From NCBI GenBank assembly GCA_965215265.1, contig OZ244048.1:576001-640000 (forward strand): DNA of 64,000 nt, in the 5' to 3' direction. This DNA comes from Candidatus Poribacteria bacterium (GTDB taxonomy: Bacteria > Poribacteria > WGA-4E > WGA-3G). Positions 42,228 through 49,976 of the stretch are shown in pieces. Position 1 is the first letter of the stretch, and each line of letters opens with the position of its first letter. The translations under genes were made by a program, and so were the position numbers. Under the pieces are notes generated by a model. The model did no database searches. It saw only the letters and a list, made by a program, of their open reading frames with translations, and was not told where the DNA came from.

Positions 42228-44165
42228 TTGTTGATAATAGATTATATGCGAACAAGTAGCTCTGTCTTAACTCGCGGTGTTACGGTAAAATCCGTTACAC
42301 TGGCACTCATTTTCATTCCGATTAACTGCTATTGGATTATGTATACGGAAATGGTCTGGTGGGGTCTTTTCCCCACTACCATGTCGCTCTTTTTCAATGC
42401 AGTCTTCTTTCTTTTTTGTATTACGCTTCTCAATCTACTGTTACGAAGATATATGCGGCAGTGGGCCCTGACACACGGCGAGCTGCTTGTCATCTATATC
42501 ATGCTTTGTATGGCGAGTGCGATTGCATCGCACGACCACGCGCAGGTGCTTATCCCTATGATCGGACACGTTTTTTGGTTTGACACCCCAGAAAACGAGT
42601 GGCGGGAGCTCCTCTATAGATACATGCCCGAGTGGGCAACAGTCCAAGATAAACAGATTCTCGAGGGGTTTTATGAAGGCGAAACCCCGTTTTACCAGAT
42701 AGAAATTTTGCAGGCCTGGCTTGGACCGACTTTGTGGTGGACAAGCTTTATTGTCGTGCTAGTGTTTGTCATGGCTTGCATCAACGTCATCCTCCGTAAG
42801 CAGTGGACAGAACGTGAGAAACTCGCCTATCCGATTATACAACTGCCCTTAGAAATGACCCGTGAGAGTGGTGCCAAATTTTTCCGGGGCGGCCCTTTTT
42901 GGACCGCCTTCGTGCTGGTTTCACTCCTCAATCTCATCAACGGCCTCAGTTACCTGTTCCCGACGATTCCGATTATCGGTGTGCGGTTTCGGAATATCAG
43001 TCACTTTTTCACCGACAAACCGTGGGACGCGATTGGCTGGACCCCGTTTTCTATCTATCCGTTCGTGATCGGGCTCGGGTTTTTCATGCCGTTAGACCTG
43101 TCCTTCTCGTGTTGGTTCTTTTACCTATTTCGCAAGATGCAACGTGTCGGCGGTGCGATACTGGGGGTACGAGGATTGCCGGGTTTCCCTTATGATAGGC
43201 AGCAGTCGCTGGGTGCCTATCTTGGACTCGCAATTTTCGCTGTATGGGCAAGCCGGAAATACCTACTTCAGGTCTTCAAGCAGGTGACAACTGGCCGCTC
43301 AAGTCTTGATGAATCAGTTGAACCGCTGCCCTATCGCATCGCTATTTTAGGAATTGTCTTGGGGGGCATCTATCTCGTCGCGTTTTCAGTGAAACTCGGG
43401 ATAAGCATTTCGCTCGGTATCGCCTTTTTTGTCATCTACTTTGCTCTCTCAATGGGCATTACGCGGATGCGAGTTGAATCTGGCGCACCTGCACACGATC
43501 TGCATTTCATGGGACCAGATTACGCGCTTCCGACGATCTTAGGCTCCCGTCGTATGGGTGGCGGCAATTTGACAGCGCTCTCTTTTTTATTTTTCTTTAA
43601 CCGTGCGCACCGCAGTCACCCGATGCCACATCAATTAGAAGGGTTTCAACTCGCCTCTCGCGCAGGATTTAACCCAAAACCGCTGTTCTGGGCAATGCTC
43701 CTCGCTGTTCTCGTCGGTTCGGTGGCCTCGTTCTGGGCATATTTACACGATGTCTACCAATTCGGCTCAGCAGGAAGTTTTGCGAGGCACCCGTTTAACC
43801 GGCTGCAACAGCAACTTAACTTCCCCACGGGTCCGAACATCCCTGAAGTGACATTTATGGGTATCGGGATGGGGTTCACATTTCTGCTAATGTTTTTACG
43901 GATGCGTTTCTTCTGGTGGCCCTTCCATGCGGTTGGGTATGCAGTTTCTGGAGCATCAGATTGGTGCATGAACTGGCTGTGGATATCTCTCCTGATTAGC
44001 ACGGTGGCGAAATGGCTGATTATCAAGCAAGGTGGTTTGCAGTTACATCGAAAGGCTGCACCGTTCTTTTTCGGCCTAATTCTCGGGGAATTTGTGGCGG
44101 GGAGTGTGTGGAGTTTTTACGGCATGGCGACAGAGACGCGAATTTTCCCCTTTAAGGATTGGTGA
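42228..44165 (+). CDS. Polytopic membrane protein, DUF6785/OPT-like putative transporter
   Basis: Many TM helices; LRKQWTEREKLAYPI.QLP, WWPFHAVGY, FF.GLILGE. Confidence 0.75.
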   Translation: MLIIDYMRTSSSVLTRGVTVKSVTLALIFIPINCYWIMYTEMVWWGLFPTTMSLFFNAVFFLFCITLLNLLLRRYMRQWALTHGELLVIYIMLCMASAIASHDHAQVLIPMIGHVFWFDTPENEWRELLYRYMPEWATVQDKQILEGFYEGETPFYQIEILQAWLGPTLWWTSFIVVLVFVMACINVILRKQWTEREKLAYPIIQLPLEMTRESGAKFFRGGPFWTAFVLVSLLNLINGLSYLFPTIPIIGVRFRNISHFFTDKPWDAIGWTPFSIYPFVIGLGFFMPLDLSFSCWFFYLFRKMQRVGGAILGVRGLPGFPYDRQQSLGAYLGLAIFAVWASRKYLLQVFKQVTTGRSSLDESVEPLPYRIAILGIVLGGIYLVAFSVKLGISISLGIAFFVIYFALSMGITRMRVESGAPAHDLHFMGPDYALPTILGSRRMGGGNLTALSFLFFFNRAHRSHPMPHQLEGFQLASRAGFNPKPLFWAMLLAVLVGSVASFWAYLHDVYQFGSAGSFARHPFNRLQQQLNFPTGPNIPEVTFMGIGMGFTFLLMFLRMRFFWWPFHAVGYAVSGASDWCMNWLWISLLISTVAKWLIIKQGGLQLHRKAAPFFFGLILGEFVAGSVWSFYGMATETRIFPFKDW

Positions 44166-44240
44166 GCTCCTTAAAGTGTTCTTGGTAACTTGTAGGTTGC
44201 CAAGATACCTTTCCCTTCGGGGGACTGGTTCGATTTCGTT

Positions 44241-46049
44241 TTAAGAAATTAAGGGGTTTTTCACCTTTTGTCTCGAATCCGGTGCGGTTGGAATGCAGGT
44301 CGCAATCTGATATGCGTATCCGTCGCGTTTCTGGATTTTGCGAAGTTGTTTGATATTGCCACCGACGCGATCGTCTCCGTCCCACGATTTTTTTACACGC
44401 AGTTTTTGAGGTTTTCCTTCAGATGTTTTATCAAACGAGTTGATATGTCCCACAACTTTCCCTTTGTGTGTGAGCATTTCGACCATATCCAGTTTTTGAA
44501 AACCGCCCGCGTGTTCAACACGCGTATAAGGTCGTTTGAATCCGGGCGCGGTCTGCTTTGTTTGGCAATTGCCTAAATCTCTGCGATGCCCGTATCCTAC
44601 TGCATGGATACCTAGCACAGAAAGCGGCATGTTTGGCAGTTTGACAACCCCTGCGACACACGCTGCATCATAGTAGTGTGTTTTTGGCAACCCCGCTTGT
44701 GAACGATGATATTTCGTTTTTCCACCGGTGCCACAGAAGACTTCAAGCCCCGTCGCTTTTAGCGTCTCTACAATCTTCCAACGAATCGTGTTGACTGCGG
44801 CAGCATCCTTTAGCGGTTTTTTGGCAGCTGCTGATGCTTTTTTCACACGTTCCGCAAAATCTTTACCATGTTCCTCTTCATTTATCTCATCAGGGTGTAG
44901 GTTACCTTTTTTGGTATTACACGGGCCACATGACAATGTCAGGTTATCCACACGGTTTGTACCTCCTTTCGCTTTCGGGATAATATGCTCTATTTCGAGA
45001 GGCACGTTCTTTTCCTTGCAATAATAACATTTCCGACCGAACTTCTCAAGTAGGTATTCCCGTATTTCATATCCTTGAAGTTTACCCTGTTGGTATTCCT
45101 CTCCCGATATTTTAGAGTTATCCATCAGTTGCATATCAAACTTCACGTGTTCAACTGCTAGCTTTTTGATAGGATAAAGCTTTGAAAGCCTGTTCACCCA
45201 TGTCGCGATATTATAGATACGTGACATCAAGGATGGTGCTACCCAACCATTATCGGGGTTCTCTTCTTTTTCGATAAAAGAAAAATATAATTGCGGTTCT
45301 TCACGGCGGTTGCGCTTTTGGGCGTTGCTATATTCACGTTTTAAGACACGCCGCCACCTTTTCTTTACAGAATGCTTTTTCGGGCTATAGGTGTACACCT
45401 TTTTTGGATAACGCTTTTTATACTGCTTATGTGCCTCGTTATTGCTATTATAGCGATAATATTTACCTCCTTTTTCATAGTAAATATCGCCAGTACGCAT
45501 GCGTTTCCCGTTGGCGTAATAGAGCCGTGTCTTCTCTCTATGTTTTGCAGGCGAAGGGCGTAACCGCGTCCACTCGTAACGCTTATCTTTCAGCATGGCA
45601 TCGCTGACACGATGGAATGTGTTTTCCGTTTTCCGGGTATTCTTGACTTTTTCATATATCCACTGCCCGTTTACAAGGCGAGGACTCTGACGAGAACGGT
45701 TATCAAATCGGGGGGCACGGTGACGACAGTTCCGAGTCCGCCTACTCCGACGATGCCCGCTTCTATCCGACAACGCTTTCTTAATGCTTTTCCGGTGATG
45801 CAACTCAAAAAAAGCAACGACGGTGTTCTCTGAATCTGTAATCGCCATGCCAGTGCATTTTGAGCCAGGGTCAATTGAGAGGGTATAGTCGCCTGTTTGT
45901 GACTCAGGCACCTCAAGTTTCAAGATAATGGTGAATGGATAACGTTTGTAGACCGCAGCCTTCTCCTCGCGAAGTAAACGCCTCGCAACAGCAGGATGGC
46001 ACGGTTCTAATACGCGTTTCTTTGTATCTAATACAGGAACTTTTGACAT
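44241..46049 (-). CDS. iscB: Enlarged RNA-guided endonuclease IscB (CRISPR-associated)
   Basis: PLMP/RRXRR-like N-terminus (VLEPCHPAVARRLL..YPFTIIL); RuvC-I SIDPGSK; bridge helix RSGHRRSRRTR..RFDNR; GWVAPSL; RuvC-II VEHVKFD; HNH CYYC..EHIIP..GGTN..NL..CGPCN; RuvC-III THYYDA. Confidence 0.95.
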   Translation of the reverse strand: MSKVPVLDTKKRVLEPCHPAVARRLLREEKAAVYKRYPFTIILKLEVPESQTGDYTLSIDPGSKCTGMAITDSENTVVAFFELHHRKSIKKALSDRSGHRRSRRTRNCRHRAPRFDNRSRQSPRLVNGQWIYEKVKNTRKTENTFHRVSDAMLKDKRYEWTRLRPSPAKHREKTRLYYANGKRMRTGDIYYEKGGKYYRYNSNNEAHKQYKKRYPKKVYTYSPKKHSVKKRWRRVLKREYSNAQKRNRREEPQLYFSFIEKEENPDNGWVAPSLMSRIYNIATWVNRLSKLYPIKKLAVEHVKFDMQLMDNSKISGEEYQQGKLQGYEIREYLLEKFGRKCYYCKEKNVPLEIEHIIPKAKGGTNRVDNLTLSCGPCNTKKGNLHPDEINEEEHGKDFAERVKKASAAAKKPLKDAAAVNTIRWKIVETLKATGLEVFCGTGGKTKYHRSQAGLPKTHYYDAACVAGVVKLPNMPLSVLGIHAVGYGHRRDLGNCQTKQTAPGFKRPYTRVEHAGGFQKLDMVEMLTHKGKVVGHINSFDKTSEGKPQKLRVKKSWDGDDRVGGNIKQLRKIQKRDGYAYQIATCIPTAPDSRQKVKNPLIS

Positions 46050-46054
46050 AATGT

Positions 46055-46256
46055 CCTCTACTTTCGCAAGTAGGTAATGTAAGCCTCGATAATGTTAGTA
46101 TCGCTTTTGGGTCAAGGTTGACTGCGTATTGTACAGCTGTTTACAGAGCCTCCACAGAGCCTCAGACTGGCTTATGTATCCAAGGGTGTGATAACGAAAC
46201 TAACGTAGTTAAAAACTAAATCTTGATTACACTGTAGCCTACTTTTGTGTCGCAAC
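46055..46256 (-). ncRNA. omegaRNA scaffold with 5' CRISPR anti-repeat (tracr-omegaRNA)
   Basis: Minus strand: anti-repeat GTTGCGACACAAAAGTAGGCTACAGTGTAATC (46225-46256), then omegaRNA/HEARO-like blocks ACTACGTT, ACCCTTGGAT, CCAGTCTGAGGCTCTGTG, GTAAACAG, ACATTATCGAGG, TTACC, ending just before the iscB start. Ends approximate. Confidence 0.85.
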
Positions 46257-46260
46257 TTTT

Positions 46261-46350
46261 GCCGTCAACCTCCCAATAAAAATACATTATTGGGGGTCGA
46301 CTGCAAACTCTTCACGCTGGAGCTATACGCTCACTGCGTTCTCACATAGC
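46261..46350 (+). promoter_or_regulatory. Putative CRISPR acquisition leader with inverted repeat
   Basis: gtcaacctcccaataa...ttattgggggtcgac inverted repeat (46264-46301) about 50 bp before the first perfect repeat; the degenerate repeat is at the opposite end. Confidence 0.55.
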
Positions 46351-48177
46351 GTTGCAACCTAAGCAAGCTACAGCGTAAACTCAAAATATGCTACAATACT
46401 AATATCAATTAAGAAGTTGCAACCTAAGCAAGCTACAGCGTAAACGCGTTAAGAGCGTTCGGATTCGTTGTCAAACAAATGTTGCAACCTAAGCAAGCTA
46501 CAGCGTAAACCAGGCAGCATATAACAAGTTCGCACTGTTATCAGATAGTTGCAACCTAAGCAAGCTACAGCGTAAACGAAGCCCTTTTCATACTAACAGA
46601 TGAAAGCAAACGGGTTGCAACCTAAGCAAGCTACAGCGTAAACGTATTCTATGATATGCCAACCGTGGATGCGGTTTGTGTTGCAACCTAAGCAAGCTAC
46701 AGCGTAAACTGCTACGAGGTTTTTCATATTGAAAGCATGACGCAGGTTGCAACCTAAGCAAGCTACAGCGTAAACTAAACCGAATGCTATGACTACTAAC
46801 GTCATGCCAGCGTTGCAACCTAAGCAAGCTACAGCGTAAACTACGTACGATCCACTGTGCATACGTCTGCCCAGGGATCGTTGCAACCTAAGCAAGCTAC
46901 AGCGTAAACGAGGGTTACCTTTTCTGAAATCATTTCATCCCCCCAATGGTTGCAACCTAAGCAAGCTACAGCGTAAACTGAAGCCCTTTTCATACTAACA
47001 GATGAAAGCAAACGGTTGCAACCTAAGCAAGCTACAGCGTAAACAGTAACCCAATCAGCCAGCTGCAGCACACACTGCAGCGTTGCAACCTAAGCAAGCT
47101 ACAGCGTAAACTATTACACAAGCGCGTTGGGAGAGCAAACTGAAAGAGTTGCAACCTAAGCAAGCTACAGCGTAAACTTGATTGAGTATCTCAACTTCAT
47201 TCGTTGGCCATACAGTTGCAACCTAAGCAAGCTACAGCGTAAACACAGAAGCGTCGCCTGATGAAATCCGTAAGGTCCAAAGTTGCAACCTAAGCAAGCT
47301 ACAGCGTAAACCGCGTCCTCGAAAGGATCCACGGTGAATCTGCTCTGGTTGCAACCTAAGCAAGCTACAGCGTAAACTGCTCTCTTTCTGCTCTTATAGC
47401 ATCGACTGTGTCTGTGTTGCAACCTAAGCAAGCTACAGCGTAAACTTAGATATGCAAATGAAAGCTGGCATGCTTGATTCTAAGTTGCAACCTAAGCAAG
47501 CTACAGCGTAAACTTTACGATTTTGAGAACTGTCGGCTGGTATCATGAACGTTGCAACCTAAGCAAGCTACAGCGTAAACCTCGCTACGTCAACCCCGAC
47601 GGCACGCAATGTCTCTGGTTGCAACCTAAGCAAGCTACAGCGTAAACCTTGCAAGGATATTCTCATTAAATTCACTTATTGGAGTTGCAACCTAAGCAAG
47701 CTACAGCGTAAACATGTAGGATATGAGATTGCCTGCTTCGTGTGCCTCGTTGCAACCTAAGCAAGCTACAGCGTAAACTACTTCAATGTTTCGATCGGTT
47801 CGTATCCTGCGGCCTGTTGCAACCTAAGCAAGCTACAGCGTAAACATCGGAAAGGGGGATACGCTGAAGTTGACAGAACACGTTGCAACCTAAGCAAGCT
47901 ACAGCGTAAACATGAAAAAGATTTTTCATCTCAACCGTCCTTTTGAAAGTTGCAACCTAAGCAAGCTACAGCGTAAACTTACTGTAGTATCCTTCGATTT
48001 CCGCAACTTCTGCCGTTGCAACCTAAGCAAGCTACAGCGTAAACTCTTTTGACTTTACCGTATCCTTGTGTCCGTTTTTTAGTTGCAACCTAAGCAAGCT
48101 ACAGCGTAAACGCATTACGCCCAACCCACACAAGCAACGATTCTGACGCTGTAACATAAGCAGGCTACCACGTAAAC
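46351..48177 (-). CRISPR. CRISPR array: 28 repeats (27 identical plus 1 degenerate), 27 spacers of 35-39 bp
   Basis: 30-bp repeat, plus strand GTTGCAACCTAAGCAAGCTACAGCGTAAAC; terminal copy 48148-48177 has 6 mismatches. Minus-strand expression is inferred from the promoter and anti-repeat wobble pairs. Confidence 0.99.
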
Positions 48178-48179
48178 AT

Positions 48180-48208
48180 ATTATATCTTAACTTGCAAAA
48201 AAAGTCAA
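48180..48208 (-). promoter_or_regulatory. sigma70 promoter pointing into the array toward iscB
   Basis: Minus strand TTGACT (48203-48208), 17-bp spacer, TATAAT (48180-48185); predicted TSS inside the degenerate repeat. Confidence 0.8.
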
Positions 48209-48222
48209 GTTAAAGTTGCAGC

Positions 48223-48301
48223 CTCTCATTTACCCCCATTTTTTTTGAAGGTTTGTGGTGAAAGGTTTTTGTTTAGAAATGTGTGAGAAAAGCAGTGGGT
48301 T
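48223..48301 (+). mobile_element. Solo degenerate end of the IS4-like element
   Basis: 48234-48301 closely matches the reverse complement of 9699-9766 (ccccattttttttgaaggtttgtggtgaaaggtttttg...gcagtgggtt). Confidence 0.7.
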
Positions 48302-48555
48302 AGAGATACCCGAACCGGGTAAATCCCACATCTCTGATAACCCGTTTTCAAGACACCTTCAAGGCTTCTGGGACCTCCGCCCCTAGCCCGATGCCACCGG
48401 CACCGAAGACAGCAGCCCTCTGCTTGCAGGGAGACATGAGGTTACCATCAAAAATCTAAAAAAAGAGTGACTTTTTTTCCCATCTGTGTTATACTTCTTT
48501 GCGAGCCAAGTGGCAAACTGGAAAAATGCAGCTTGCGGCAGGCAGGTAAAAAACG

Positions 48556-48633
48556 ATGAAAAAGAATTTCACTACCATTCGGCTCTGGGATGTCAACACA
48601 GGCGAACCCCTCAAAACTCTCATGTCTGTCTAA
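48556..48633 (+). pseudogene. WD40-protein gene remnant (25 aa)
   Basis: MKKNFTTIRLWDVNTGEPLKTLMSV*; TIRLWDVNTGEPLKTL is a typical WD40 junction. Confidence 0.55.
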
Positions 48634-49727
48634 GTGTGCAAGGCTTGTAGGAACGCTTCAAAACTGGGTGTCTCAACGGCGATGAGATGCAGCTGCTTGA
48701 GCCGCACCAGGTCTGGTATGGCTTCAAGGTGCGGTTGAGTCGTCTGCACGTCGCTCTGCGGGAACCGTGCGGTGAGCACCGTGATGACGTTTTCTATCGC
48801 ATTCCGGCGTGCACCTTGTTCAATGCCTTGCTCAATGCCTTGTTTGAGTCCTTGTTGCACCAGGACTTCTGCCATTGTCTCTGCCATCTGTTTTACCTCC
48901 ATCTTATCTTCTGCGAGTTGCTCCACTAATGCGACTAAGCCACTTTGTTCTGATAGCGGCCGACGATGCAAGATGAGTAGCAGGAAATAGACTATCGCCT
49001 CACGCCGCTGTTCGGCACCAACCGTATCAAACTCATCAAGGTGTGCTATCGCCGTGCGTAACGCATCCCGTATCTCCGCCTCGTCTGCTCTCTCTTTTTG
49101 CAGCACCGTCAAAAGCCACCCGAACGGATGATGCGTTTGAGTCAGTGTGGCGACATCGGTTTGCTTCACGCTCAAAAACAGCGTCTCAAAGGCAGGAACG
49201 AACCGGGCGAGTTCAGCAGGGATGTCCATCAGTGCCTCAAGTGTCAGCGGGGTTTTCCACTGCTGCTCGCCGGTATAAAACACAATCGGCAGTATCGGGG
49301 GCAACCGCCGCGCCGGTTTGGGCACCTTGTCGTGTTCCCATTGCCTGCGATGTGCGTCCCAAATCAGCATCATATAAAACAGCACCCGAAACCCCATCGT
49401 CGCATCCACCGTCGATTGATGTTCGACGAGCAGATAGATGAGCAGCGCCTCGGTGGCTGTCTCGGTTCTAAACGGGACGCGGAACACGCTATCCGCTTCC
49501 TGCTCCCGCAGCACTTCCGGCAGCAGGCTTCTCGGGAGTGGAACGAGTTGGCTAAAATCTATGCGTTCTGCGATGTCAGCGGCGACGATTTCTAGCACAC
49601 CCCGGACGTTTTCGCCGTTTTGTAGCAAGCGCCGCACACTTCTGTCGGCGAAGTGTTCAACGCGTCCATCAAGCAGCGCGCGGATATGCTGCATCTGCGT
49701 ATCCACGGCTTTGGTTTCTTGCGTCAT
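48630..49727 (-). CDS. Rpn/YhgA-like PD-(D/E)XK protein
   Basis: EADSVFRV, IYLLVEHQS, FRVLFYM, LPPILPIVFYTG..W; C-terminal QGIEQGIEQG repeats. Confidence 0.9.
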   Translation of the reverse strand: MTQETKAVDTQMQHIRALLDGRVEHFADRSVRRLLQNGENVRGVLEIVAADIAERIDFSQLVPLPRSLLPEVLREQEADSVFRVPFRTETATEALLIYLLVEHQSTVDATMGFRVLFYMMLIWDAHRRQWEHDKVPKPARRLPPILPIVFYTGEQQWKTPLTLEALMDIPAELARFVPAFETLFLSVKQTDVATLTQTHHPFGWLLTVLQKERADEAEIRDALRTAIAHLDEFDTVGAEQRREAIVYFLLLILHRRPLSEQSGLVALVEQLAEDKMEVKQMAETMAEVLVQQGLKQGIEQGIEQGARRNAIENVITVLTARFPQSDVQTTQPHLEAIPDLVRLKQLHLIAVETPSFEAFLQALHT

Positions 49728-49910
49728 TTCTCTCCTCAGTGCCGGGGGCCTGCCATTCGGGCAGCCCGCCGGTAAAAAGCGGTGAAGACTTAACTCAAAT
49801 TATACTACTTTTGGCAGTAAAGATGCCACCCTTTTTTTTCTGGCGATTTCGTTTTCGCTTCTGACAGCGGAGGTTGTGGACTAAAAAAAGCAAAAACCGC
49901 TCACTTTTCC

Positions 49911-49939
49911 TTGACAATACCTCAAAAATAATGTATAAT
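49911..49939 (+). promoter_or_regulatory. sigma70 promoter for the mod gene
   Basis: Exact consensus TTGACA-N17-TATAAT. Confidence 0.75.
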
Positions 49940-49976
49940 TAAAACAAAACAAACCAATAACCTGAAAACAACACTC

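Noticed and set aside
44165-44240. IS200/IS605 end downstream of iscB
   Set aside because: Only short hairpins consistent with a terminator between convergent genes; no recognisable IS end or tnpA.
44241-46049. Calling the nuclease Cas9 or TnpB
   Set aside because: It retains the PLMP/RRXRR N-terminus and an omegaRNA and is only 602 aa, so not canonical Cas9; it has an HNH domain, so not TnpB.
46225-46256. Treating the anti-repeat as another degenerate array repeat
   Set aside because: It is inverted relative to the array, 94 bp away, and its substitutions preserve RNA pairing.
46588-47431. ORFs with repeating VYAVACLGCN / LRCSLLRLQ peptides
   Set aside because: These are translations of the CRISPR repeats.
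46381-48147. Self-targeting spacers
   Set aside because: No match within the window was seen by eye; a proper search is needed to exclude it.
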